Notes under the pieces: model-generated
The model's database searches: none
What the model saw: only the letters and a program-made list of their open reading frames with translations
Told to the model about the DNA's origin: nothing
Position numbers and translations under genes: made by a program
NCBI GenBank assembly: GCA_035541015.1
Contig: DATLFM010000097.1
Location: forward strand, 719 to 64,718
Source of the DNA: Thermoplasmatota archaeon
Lineage (GTDB): Archaea; Thermoplasmatota; SW-10-69-26; JACQPN01; JAIVGT01
DNA length: 64,000 nucleotides
Direction of reading: 5' to 3'
Shown: piece after piece, positions 17,401 through 27,259 of the stretch
Numbering within the stretch: position 1 is the first letter of the stretch
Layout: the number at the start of each line of letters is the position of its first letter

Positions 17401-18147
17401 GTGCAAGTCTCGTGCACGTTCCAGTCGGAGGCCTCATGGACTGACCGTGGGTTTGCCGCCCGCCCGATGCCATCACGACTCACGCCGCCTGCACCCGCCC
17501 GCGCGATCGTTCGCGCAAGCGTGCGGAAAGCCGGGGGCGCCGCCGTCGCCGCGTTTTCCGCGCCGGGTCTGCCGTTCTTGCCGCGCGAGGTTCGCCTGGC
17601 CCGGGACCGGCCGCTGGCGGACGCGCCCGTCCAGTCGCCCATCGTCCTCCACGTCCTCGAAGGCCACGTGCATCCGCGGATCGACGGACGCAACGGGAAC
17701 GTGCTGTCCACGGGCGACGCGTGGACGCTTCCTTCGCACGCGCGCACGTGGGGCCTCGACCCGTCGCCCGAGGACACACGCGTGCTGTGCGTCGAGCTGA
17801 CCGGCGCCGACGGCGTCCCCGAAGTGGCGCCCGTTCGCGCCCACGCGCCTGGGCGCTCCGAACGGGAGGGCGCGCGAATCGCGGTCGTTTCCTTCCGCGA
17901 GCCCACGCTTGCGTGCGTCGGCTTGCGCTGGGAGGACGTGGAGCTTGCGCCCGGCGCCGTCTTCGTGCGACCCGTCGAGGAAGGACGAGCGGCGTTCGCG
18001 GCCGTGCTGTCCGGACGCGCGACCTGCGGCGAAGGGTTCGACCTCGACGAGGGAACCGGCTTCCTCTTGCGGCGCGCCGACGCCGTGGGCTTCCGGGCGG
18101 TCGTTCCCACGCGGCTTGCTTTCTGGACCTTCCCGTCGCCGGCCTAG
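17401..18147 (+). CDS. Cupin-like hypothetical protein
   Basis: 248-aa ORF. The region PIVLHVLEGHVHPRIDGRNGNVLSTGDAWTLPSH resembles cupin motifs (G..H.H...E....G). The start may be the internal Met near 17467. Confidence 0.35.
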   Translation: MQVSCTFQSEASWTDRGFAARPMPSRLTPPAPARAIVRASVRKAGGAAVAAFSAPGLPFLPREVRLARDRPLADAPVQSPIVLHVLEGHVHPRIDGRNGNVLSTGDAWTLPSHARTWGLDPSPEDTRVLCVELTGADGVPEVAPVRAHAPGRSEREGARIAVVSFREPTLACVGLRWEDVELAPGAVFVRPVEEGRAAFAAVLSGRATCGEGFDLDEGTGFLLRRADAVGFRAVVPTRLAFWTFPSPA

Positions 18148-18866
18148 GCCGCGCCGTCGTCGAACGCGTAGACGATCCGCTCGGTCTCCTTGCCCTTGCC
18201 CTCCTTGCGAAGGACGCGGATGCGCCCGATCTCGCGCGTGTTCTCGACGTGCGTTCCCGCGCACGGGCAGAGGTCGACGTCGCCGATCTCGATCACCCGA
18301 AGCTTCTGCACGGCCATGGGCAATCGGTCCCACTGAACGCGCGGGCCAAGCTTCTCCTCGAGCGCGCGCCGGACCTCGTCGTACACGCGGATCGGGATGC
18401 CCTGCCGGAACGCCTCGTTGGCGGCGGCTTCGAGCGTCGAGAGGTCCTCGTTCGAGAGCTTCACGGGATGGAGGTCCACGCGGGAGTGGTCGCGCCCCAC
18501 CTGGTTGCCCACGGTGCGCGCGCCAAAGAGGTGGTGGGCAAGGCCGGAGACGACGTGCTGGCTCGTGTGCATGCGCATGAGCGCGTAGCGGTTCTCCCAA
18601 TCGATGAGCCCCGTGACCTCGGCTCCTTCCGGCGGCCGGTCGCCTTCGAGGACGTGCTTCACCACGCCCTTCTGGCTCACGTACTTCACGCGCGCGCTTC
18701 CGCCCGCCCAACGGAGCTCACCCACGTCCGAAGGCTGCCCGCCCCCCTCAGGATGAAATGCGGTCACGTCGAGGCGAACCCAGTCGTCCAGCGCCTTTGT
18801 CACGCGCGCGCGGAACTCGCGGGCGTATTGAAGCGCCGGATCGCGGAAGTACAGGAGCTCCGTCAC
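18144..18866 (-). CDS. alaX: Alanyl-tRNA editing protein AlaX-M (AlaRS editing-domain homolog)
   Basis: HTSQHVVSGLAHHLFG and CPCAGTHV zinc-binding editing motifs are present. The likely start is the GTG at about 18866 (VTELLYFRDP...), inside the longer ORF 18144..19394. Confidence 0.75.
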   Translation of the reverse strand: MTELLYFRDPALQYAREFRARVTKALDDWVRLDVTAFHPEGGGQPSDVGELRWAGGSARVKYVSQKGVVKHVLEGDRPPEGAEVTGLIDWENRYALMRMHTSQHVVSGLAHHLFGARTVGNQVGRDHSRVDLHPVKLSNEDLSTLEAAANEAFRQGIPIRVYDEVRRALEEKLGPRVQWDRLPMAVQKLRVIEIGDVDLCPCAGTHVENTREIGRIRVLRKEGKGKETERIVYAFDDGAA

Positions 18867-19221
18867 GGATTCGCCCAGAGCCGCCGCGAGCCTTGTATCT
18901 TGCGACGGGGATCGACGTTGACCGGGCAACCGTCCGGCCGGGCGCGACGATCGCATATACTTGAGCCGGCAGACCGTTTGCCGATGAGCGAGGCGCGCGA
19001 AGGAGCCGGGCTGGACGCGAGGGTCTCGTTTCCGGCCGTCGGAGCCCCTTCCGGCCGCCTCGCCGTCGTCGGGCTCATCACGGACGCCGCCTACGCCGCC
19101 GAGGTCTCCGACATCCGCGACATCTCCACCGTGCTCACGCGGATGCAGCTTCGGACCCGCCGCGCCCTCGCCGGCTAGCCAAGCGGCCAACGCTATGTAG
19201 CCGCACGGGCCTTCCGGCGCG

Positions 19222-19794
19222 GTGAAGCTCTCCTTCGTCACGTCCAACAAGGGCAAGTTCGAGGAAGCCCGCGCCGCGCTGTCCCTCCACGGCATCGAGC
19301 TTCTCCACCGGCTCGTTCCCCACCCGGAGATCCAGGCCGACACGCTCGAGGAGGTTGCCCGCGAGCGCGCGCGTTTTCTCCGCGACGCCATCACCGGCGA
19401 ACCGTACTTCGTCGACGACGCCGGCCTCTTCGTCGACGCCCTCGCGGGATTTCCGGGCGTGTACTCGGCCTACGCCTACAAGACGATCGGCGTCGCCGGC
19501 ATCCTGAGGCTCCTTGCCGGCGAAGCCAACCGAGCGGCCCGGTTCGAGGCCGTCCTCGCCTACATGGAGCCCGCAAGCGTCGCCCCCGTCCTCGTCAAGG
19601 GCGTCTGCCGCGGCCGCATCCTCGAAACGCCCGAAGGCGCGGGCGGCTTCGGGTTCGACCCCGTCTTTGCTCCCGACGGGCACACCGAGAGCTTCGCGCG
19701 CCTGCCGCTCTCCGCCAAGAACGAGCTCTCCCACCGCGGGCGCGCGCTTGCGAAGCTCGTCGAACATCTTCGGGCCGCCGGCAAAATTCCGTGA
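19222..19794 (+). CDS. Non-canonical purine NTP pyrophosphatase (Ham1/RdgB/ITPase)
   Basis: 190 aa with a GTG start. Motifs are SFVTSNKGKFEEA, GFGFDPVF and SAKNELSHRGRAL. Confidence 0.85.
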   Translation: MKLSFVTSNKGKFEEARAALSLHGIELLHRLVPHPEIQADTLEEVARERARFLRDAITGEPYFVDDAGLFVDALAGFPGVYSAYAYKTIGVAGILRLLAGEANRAARFEAVLAYMEPASVAPVLVKGVCRGRILETPEGAGGFGFDPVFAPDGHTESFARLPLSAKNELSHRGRALAKLVEHLRAAGKIP

Positions 19795-19857
19795 CGAATC
19801 AAACGCGCCATCCAATCTTCCTATACCCCCCGCCGTCGTGGTTGGCGTGGAGTTCCC

Positions 19858-20667
19858 ATGCGAGCGCGCGGATCGTTGCTTGCCCTGCTCGGTTGCCTTG
19901 CCCTCGTCGCCCTGCCCACGGCCTCCGCCGGCCCCTTCGAGGACGTTCCGGGCCTCGTCGAGGACGCCCGCGCGCTCGCGTGCGGAACCGCCGGCGGCGC
20001 GCCCGTCGCCGGCGACACGCTGCAGGAGCTTGGCGTCTGCGAACCGCCCGGCTCGCCCGACGTGCCACCGCCCGAAGTTCCGGCCGAGGCGGAGGCGCCC
20101 CTTGCGGACGAGGCCGCCGAGGTCGCCGACGAGATCGTCGGCGCCGCGCTTGGCGCCGTCGACGCCATCCGTGAAAACCCCGCGGACGCCCCAAACGCGC
20201 TCGCCGCGTTCCTCGAAGCCGTCGTGGCCGCCCTCGGCAAGCTCTTCGACGCCGCGGCCCAAGCGCTGGGCCTTGCCGCAAGCCTGCCCCTTGCGGCCGC
20301 CGACCTTGGAAGGGGCGCGCTCTCCGCCGTCGCCGACGCGCTAGCGGGCGCAGCCGACGGGCTTGCGACCGCCGCCTCCGGCGGAGCGCAATCCGTCGCC
20401 GACGCAGCCTCGGGCGCCACCCGATCGGTCGCCGGCGCGGCCGGCGCAACCGCGGACGGGCTCGCCTCCGGGCTTCACGCCATTGCCGACGGCGTCGCTT
20501 CGGCCGCGCGCGCGGTCGCCGACGCCGTCGCCTCCCTCTTTGCCGCCTCCCAGCCTCCGGCGCCCGGCGGGAACGCTCCGCTCCCCGTGGAGCTTCCCGC
20601 CGCGCGCGGGCTTCCCTCGTCCCTTCTCGACGAGGTCGGCCGGACGGTCGACGGGCTTGCGCCGTGA
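19858..20667 (+). CDS. Secreted alanine-rich low-complexity protein
   Basis: The signal peptide is MRARGSLLALLGCLALVALPTASAGP. It is followed by about 240 aa of Ala/Gly/Asp-rich helical repeats. Confidence 0.45.
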   Translation: MRARGSLLALLGCLALVALPTASAGPFEDVPGLVEDARALACGTAGGAPVAGDTLQELGVCEPPGSPDVPPPEVPAEAEAPLADEAAEVADEIVGAALGAVDAIRENPADAPNALAAFLEAVVAALGKLFDAAAQALGLAASLPLAAADLGRGALSAVADALAGAADGLATAASGGAQSVADAASGATRSVAGAAGATADGLASGLHAIADGVASAARAVADAVASLFAASQPPAPGGNAPLPVELPAARGLPSSLLDEVGRTVDGLAP

Positions 20668-20696
20668 TGTATACGGAGGTATACGTTTGTATACAT
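20667..20696. repeat. Array of three GTATAC hexamers at exact 10-bp phasing (ATGTATAC-GGAG-GTATAC-GTTT-GTATACAT) in the 36-bp gap between convergent genes
   Basis: Read directly: GTATAC at 20669, 20679 and 20689. The outer half-sites ATGTATAC and GTATACAT are inverted repeats. The element is AT-rich in a 70% GC genome. Confidence 0.7.
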
Positions 20697-20703
20697 CGCC
20701 CGA

Positions 20704-21585
20704 CTAGCGCGAAAGCCCGCGCGCCGCGCGCACCGTGTTTGCAAGCAACATGGCGATCGTCATGGGCCCCACGCCGCCGGGCACGGGCGTGATCGCTGAA
20801 GCGACCTTCGAGACCTCCTCGAAGGCGACGTCGCCCACGATGCGCGATCCCTTCGGGTGGGAAGGATCGGCCACGCGGTTGATGCCGACGTCCACGACGA
20901 CCGCGCCGGGCTTCACGTGGCGCGCGCGGACGAACTCCGGCTGGCCCATGGCCGCGACGAGGACGTCGGCCTCGCGCGTCGCTTGCTCGAGGTTTGGGGT
21001 GCGGCTGTGGCAGACGGTTACGGTCGCGTCGCCGCCGCGGCCCTTGCCGAGAAGGAGCACCGAGAGAGGTTTGCCGACGATGTTGCCGCGGCCGAGGACG
21101 GCCACGCGCTTTCCTTGCGGCGAGTGGCCGTTTCGTTCGAGGAGCTCGACGACGCCGGCCGGCGTGCACGGGACAAAGCCGGGGCGTCCGGCGAGCAGGC
21201 GGCCGAGGTTCTCGTGCGTGAAGCCGTCCACGTCCTTTCGCGGATCGAGCGTTGCGAGGACGGCCTCCTCGGAGATCTGCGGCGGAAGCGGGAGCTGGAC
21301 GAGGATGCCGTGCACGGCGGGGTCCGCGTTGAGGGCGCGCAGGACGGCCAGAAGCTCGGCCTCGGTCGTCGCGGCGGGGAGGCGTCGCGTGCCGTGCTCG
21401 ATGCCCACTTCGGCGCACGCCTTGTTTTTGTTCTCCACGTAGACGACGCTTGCGGCGTTGTCGCCGACGAGCACGAACTGGAGGTTCGGGACGACGCCCT
21501 GCGCGCGGAGGGTTTCGACGTCCTTGCGGATCTCCGCGCGCATCGTGGCCGCGAGGGCTTTTCCGTCGAGGATGCGCGCTCCCAT
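20704..21585 (-). CDS. folD: Bifunctional methylenetetrahydrofolate dehydrogenase/cyclohydrolase
   Basis: 293 aa, MGARILDGKALA...ILVQLPLP...GRGNIVGKP, the canonical FolD pattern. Confidence 0.9.
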   Translation of the reverse strand: MGARILDGKALAATMRAEIRKDVETLRAQGVVPNLQFVLVGDNAASVVYVENKNKACAEVGIEHGTRRLPAATTEAELLAVLRALNADPAVHGILVQLPLPPQISEEAVLATLDPRKDVDGFTHENLGRLLAGRPGFVPCTPAGVVELLERNGHSPQGKRVAVLGRGNIVGKPLSVLLLGKGRGGDATVTVCHSRTPNLEQATREADVLVAAMGQPEFVRARHVKPGAVVVDVGINRVADPSHPKGSRIVGDVAFEEVSKVASAITPVPGGVGPMTIAMLLANTVRAARGLSR

Positions 21586-21593
21586 GAAGGCCC

Positions 21594-22931
<1,338 letters not shown>

Positions 22932-23551
22932 GACGGGGTTCGAACGCCGACTCTCCCTTTTAATGGCTGCGTTGGCGGGCGCTCGATCGTTGCGCCGTTT
23001 CCCGGAACAGGAGCGCCCATCCGAGGACCCGGACCATCTCCTCGACGACCGGAAGCTCGGAGGCGTCGGGCCTCCCGGCCACGCGCGGAACGGGCTCCGC
23101 GGCTTGGTAGTTGCATCCCATGGACGGAGGAAAGGCCGGCGGCGCCGTCAAGCCTCGTAGGAACCGACCCGCCGACGGCACGTGGGCCGATTGCGCACGC
23201 TCCGGTCGTCCGTGCGTCGGTGGTGTGCGGGGCTCTGTCCGCCCCTGGCCACGGACGGGGCGACGCCAATCACGGACGGGGCCCGACGCGCTCGCTGAAG
23301 TGGAGCCTCCACGCGACGACGATCGCAAGGTCTCCGATCGCCTCCGCGTCGCGCGCCTCGACGAGGCCCGCAATGCGGAAGTCGGGGAAGTTGGGCGGGA
23401 TCCACCCGGGGAGGTGGGGCTTGAGGGAGGGCTCATGCCCGTGTCCGTCCGGCGTCGCGTGGCAGGCGTCCACGAGAATCGTTCTGCCCGAGCCACCATA
23501 AGCGTGTTGGATGCGTTCGCTAACGGCCGAACGGCGGCGGTTACCGCAACG

Positions 23552-24334
23552 TCACCGCGGCGGGCGGGCTTGGGCGCGCTCGGCGCGATACAGCCGCAGC
23601 ACGCTGATGCGCCATCGGAGGTGCAGCGCGTTTCCGACGAATCCGAACAGTTGCCGGAAGCCGAGCTTGGAGGCGCCGTGCTCCCGCTCGCGGAAGGTGA
23701 TGGGCACCTCCTCGATGCGGAAGCCCTTCCGGTAGACGATCGCGAGGAAGGACGTGAGGAAGGAATATCCCTTGTTGGCCTGGAGGTGGTCCCACGGGAT
23801 GGCCTCCACAACCTCGCGCGTGAAGGCGCGGTAGCCGTTCGTGTTGTCGCGCACGGGGTAGTTGCCGGCGATGAGGCGCGCGACGAGGAGGTTGGCCACG
23901 CGCGTCGTGAGCCGTCGCATCCACGGGCGGCCCACGACGACGCTCCCGCGCGCCAGGCGCGAGCCGATCGCAAGATCGGCTCCCGCGTCGAGCCGATCCA
24001 GCAGGCGTGGAAGGTCCGCGGGGTCGTGCGAGAGGTCCGCGTCCATCGAGAGATAGCGGTCGGGATCGAACCGGCGGCGGATCGTCTCGACCGCGTCCTT
24101 GTACGCGGCGCCGTAGCCTTCCTTGGCCGCGCGGTGGTGGACCGTGACGAAGTCGGGGTGGCGCCGCGAAAGCTCGTCGGCGACCTTGCCCGTGCCGTCG
24201 GGGCTGTTGTCGTCCACGACGACAAAGCGCGCGTTTGGGAGGCCAAGCGCCCGGAGCCGCTCGACGAGGAGCGGGAGGTTCTCGCGCTCGTTGTACGTGA
24301 GCGTGAAAAGGACTAACGACGGCGCTTTGCTCAT
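23552..24334 (-). CDS. GT2-family glycosyltransferase, dolichol-phosphate sugar synthase-like (DPM1/GtrB-like)
   Basis: The N-terminus SLVLFTLTYNERENLPLLVERL...VVVDDNSPDGTG carries the DxD-type GT2-A signature. The ORF extends to 24361, but the Met at 24334 precedes the conserved N-terminus. Confidence 0.8.
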   Translation of the reverse strand: MSKAPSLVLFTLTYNERENLPLLVERLRALGLPNARFVVVDDNSPDGTGKVADELSRRHPDFVTVHHRAAKEGYGAAYKDAVETIRRRFDPDRYLSMDADLSHDPADLPRLLDRLDAGADLAIGSRLARGSVVVGRPWMRRLTTRVANLLVARLIAGNYPVRDNTNGYRAFTREVVEAIPWDHLQANKGYSFLTSFLAIVYRKGFRIEEVPITFREREHGASKLGFRQLFGFVGNALHLRWRISVLRLYRAERAQARPPR

Positions 24335-24402
24335 CGCCCGCTCTCCTTGCGCATCGGCCACGGAACCTTTATGATGGCATCCCCGCGTGGCGGCCCCATC
24401 CG

Positions 24403-25695
24403 GTGGCTGCGATGACGGGCGACGGCGCGGCGGAAACCATCGAGCAGGTCAACCGACTCGTGGACAAGTACTTTTCGCGAGACCCCGCGTCGTTCTCCGT
24501 TCCCAAGGGACGGCTCCCGCTCGTCGTCCCAAGCTACGGGCCCGAGGAGGTCAAGGAAGCCGTCGAAGCGCTCCTGACAAGCTACGTCACGATGGGCGCA
24601 AAGGTGCGTCAGTTCGAGGAAGCCTGGTCGCAGTACCTTGGCTCCCGCTCGAGCATCATGGTGAACTCGGGCTCGAGCGCCAACCTGCTGGCCCTCTTTG
24701 CCGCCGCCAACCCGCACACGCGCGGGCGCCTCATGCCCGGCGACGAGGTCCTCGTTCCGGCCATGTGCTGGTCGACGACCGTGTACCCCATCGTGCAGGC
24801 GGGCGCGATCCCCGTGCTCGTCGACGTCGACCCGCAGACGCTCACCATGGACCCGCAGGCGGCGCGCGCGGCCCTCACCGACAAGACGCGCGCGATCATG
24901 CCCGTGCACCTCCTTGGCAACGCGGCCGATATGCGCGAGCTCTCTCGCCTGGCCGACGAGCGGGATCTGTGGCTCATCGAGGACTGCTGCGAGGCGCACG
25001 GCACGACGATCGACGGACGCAAGGTGGGAACCTTCGGCGACCTTGGCACGTACAGCTTCTTCTTCTCGCACGCCATCACGACGATCGAGGGCGGCGCGAT
25101 CAACACCGACGACGACGATCTCGCCGAGCTGCTGCGCCCGCTGCGCGCGCACGGGTGGATCCGGGAGATGAAGACGCGCGAAGCCATCGCCGCGCGTCAT
25201 CCGAACGTCGACCCCCGCTTTTTCTTCGTGAACGTCGGGTTCAACGTGCGGCCGACCGACCTGCAAGGCGGCTTTGGCATCCACCAGGTCCGCAAGCTCG
25301 AGTCCTTCGTCGAGGCGCGCCGACGCTACGCGCACGCGATCACGAAGGGCCTCTCCCGCCATGCCTCGGTGCTCGAGCTTCCGACCGAGCGCCCCGGCAC
25401 CCGGCACTCGTACTTCACGTATCCCGTGATCGTGCGCGAGGGCGCGCGCTTCCGGAAGGAGGACCTCATGCGCCATCTAGAGGCCCACGGCGTCGAGACC
25501 CGTCCGATCATCTCGGGGAACTTCGCCGAGCATCCTGCCTTCGGGCTCCTTCCCGCGCGCGTGGCGGGCTCGCTTCCCGCGGCCTCGCACGCGCACCGCG
25601 ACGGGTTCCTCTTCGGCGCACACCACCGCTTCGGCGAGGAGCAGGCGCGCTACGTCGTCGAGTGCTTCGATTCGTTCCTGCGCAAGCAGGACTGA
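24403..25695 (+). CDS. DegT/DnrJ/EryC1-family PLP enzyme with the ColD/E1-type 3-dehydratase signature (active-site Lys replaced by His)
   Basis: 430 aa. In the motif CEAHGTT...GTYSFFFSHAITTIEGG the canonical SF..K..TTGEGG lysine position is His. The start is GTG 24403 or ATG 24412. Confidence 0.8.
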   Translation: MAAMTGDGAAETIEQVNRLVDKYFSRDPASFSVPKGRLPLVVPSYGPEEVKEAVEALLTSYVTMGAKVRQFEEAWSQYLGSRSSIMVNSGSSANLLALFAAANPHTRGRLMPGDEVLVPAMCWSTTVYPIVQAGAIPVLVDVDPQTLTMDPQAARAALTDKTRAIMPVHLLGNAADMRELSRLADERDLWLIEDCCEAHGTTIDGRKVGTFGDLGTYSFFFSHAITTIEGGAINTDDDDLAELLRPLRAHGWIREMKTREAIAARHPNVDPRFFFVNVGFNVRPTDLQGGFGIHQVRKLESFVEARRRYAHAITKGLSRHASVLELPTERPGTRHSYFTYPVIVREGARFRKEDLMRHLEAHGVETRPIISGNFAEHPAFGLLPARVAGSLPAASHAHRDGFLFGAHHRFGEEQARYVVECFDSFLRKQD

Positions 25696-25753
25696 CGCGC
25701 GGGGCGCTCGCGTTCCCGAAACCTTCTTGTGCGCGCTTTGGCTTGGGGTCGGC

Positions 25754-26722
25754 ATGAAGCGGGCGCTCATCACGGGCATCACGGGCCAGGACGGCTCGTA
25801 CCTCGCCGAGCTCCTTCTCCAGAAGGGCTACGAGGTGCACGGGCTCGTCCGGCGCCTGAGCGTCCCCAACTTCTCGAACCTCGAGGCCATCAAGGACCGC
25901 ATCGTCCTCCACGACGGCGACATGCTCGACTCGGCCTCGCTCCAACGCATCGCCGCCGACGCGAAGCCCGACGAGGTCTACAACCTCGCGGCGCAGTCGT
26001 TCGTGCACGTCTCCTTCGGCCAGCCCGTTCTCACGAGCGACGTGACAGGCGTGAGCGTCTTCCGCCTGCTCGAAGCGGTTCGGCAGCGGGCGCCCGACGC
26101 GCGCTTCTACCAGGCGAGCTCCTCCGAGATGTTCGGCCTTGCCGCCGTCTCGCCGCAGGACGAGCGGACGCCGTTCCACCCGCGCAGCCCCTACGGCGTT
26201 GCCAAGGTCATGGCCTTCTGGGCGACCGTGAACCACCGCGAGAGCTACGGCATGTACGCGACAAACGGCATCCTCTTCAACCATGAGTCGCCGCGGCGTG
26301 GGCTCGAGTTCGTCACGCGCAAGATCGCGCGCGGCGTCGCCCGCATCGCCGAGGGCCTCGACCGCAAGCTCGTGCTTGGCAACCTCGACGCCAAGCGCGA
26401 CTGGGGCTACGCGCCCGAGTACGTGGAGGGCATGTGGCGCATGCTGCAGCACCCGCAGCCCGACGACTTCGTGCTGGCGACGGGCGAGTCGCACACGATC
26501 CGGGAGTTCTGCGAGCTCGCGTTCAAGGAGGTCGGCGTCGGTAATTGGGAGAAGCACGTCGAGAGCGACCCGCGCTTCTTCCGCCCCGCCGAGGTCCACG
26601 CGCTCTGCGGCGACGCGACGAAGGCGCGCACGCTCCTTGGCTGGAAGCCCAAGACGACCTTCCCGCAGCTCGTCTCGCTCATGGTGCAGGCCGAGCGCGA
26701 GCGGCTTCGCGCCAAGCCGTGA
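25754..26722 (+). CDS. gmd: GDP-mannose 4,6-dehydratase
   Basis: The sequence MKRALITGITGQDGSYLAELLL...YNLAAQSFV...YGVAKV...NHESPRRG... is a near-textbook Gmd. The start is the internal ATG at about 25754, within ORF 25727..26722. Confidence 0.9.
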   Translation: MKRALITGITGQDGSYLAELLLQKGYEVHGLVRRLSVPNFSNLEAIKDRIVLHDGDMLDSASLQRIAADAKPDEVYNLAAQSFVHVSFGQPVLTSDVTGVSVFRLLEAVRQRAPDARFYQASSSEMFGLAAVSPQDERTPFHPRSPYGVAKVMAFWATVNHRESYGMYATNGILFNHESPRRGLEFVTRKIARGVARIAEGLDRKLVLGNLDAKRDWGYAPEYVEGMWRMLQHPQPDDFVLATGESHTIREFCELAFKEVGVGNWEKHVESDPRFFRPAEVHALCGDATKARTLLGWKPKTTFPQLVSLMVQAERERLRAKP

Positions 26723-26725
26723 CGC

Positions 26726-27178
26726 TCAGCGCCGGCCGTAGGTCCAGTGGAAGTTGAGCGCGTAGTTGAACGAGAAGGCGCACAGCACGGCAAACAGCGC
26801 CGAGACCATGTAGGGGAAGCCCGCAAGCTCGGTGAAGGCAAAGAGCGCCGCCACGTTGATGCAAAGCCCGCCGAGGTTCACGACCTCGTAGCGGGCGAAC
26901 CGGCCGGCCCGAAGCCCGCTTCGCCGGTCGTGGAACGTGAAGGCGTCGTTGAGGAGAAAGTTCGTGACGATGGCCGTCTGGGTGGCGACGGCGCCGCTTG
27001 CGAGGTAGTACAGACCCGCGAACTCCGTGAGCGTGTAGAGCACGGCGAGGTTCACGCCGACGCCGCTTGCGCCCACGAGCATGAAGCGCAGCAGGCGGTG
27101 CGCCTCGAGGAAGGCGAGGCGGCGCCGGGCGTGGCCCGCAAGATCGAGCGCGCCAAGCCCGCCGCGCGGGGGGTCCAT
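26726..27178 (-). CDS. GtrA-family membrane protein (putative polyprenyl/dolichyl-phosphate-sugar flippase)
   Basis: 150 aa with 4 TM segments, forming the C-terminal portion of spurious ORF 26726..29218. The sequence RFMLVGASGVGVNLAVLYTLTEF...NFLLNDAFTFH is the GtrA family pattern. Confidence 0.7.
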   Translation of the reverse strand: MDPPRGGLGALDLAGHARRRLAFLEAHRLLRFMLVGASGVGVNLAVLYTLTEFAGLYYLASGAVATQTAIVTNFLLNDAFTFHDRRSGLRAGRFARYEVVNLGGLCINVAALFAFTELAGFPYMVSALFAVLCAFSFNYALNFHWTYGRR

Positions 27179-27259
27179 GGACTCCGCAAGACGCGCGCTC
27201 CGCATAAAGGAACAGGATTTGGAAACCCTTATCCGAGCGCTCGCTTTGCGTTGGAACCG

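Noticed and set aside
23270-23473. 67-aa ORF with the string ILVDACHATPDGHGH, reminiscent of caspase/metacaspase (D[AS]CHSG) active sites
   Set aside because: The stop-free stretch is only 94 codons. It has no start codon context, cannot hold a caspase fold, and is bounded upstream by the GT2 stop in the same frame. It is most likely chance or a decayed remnant.
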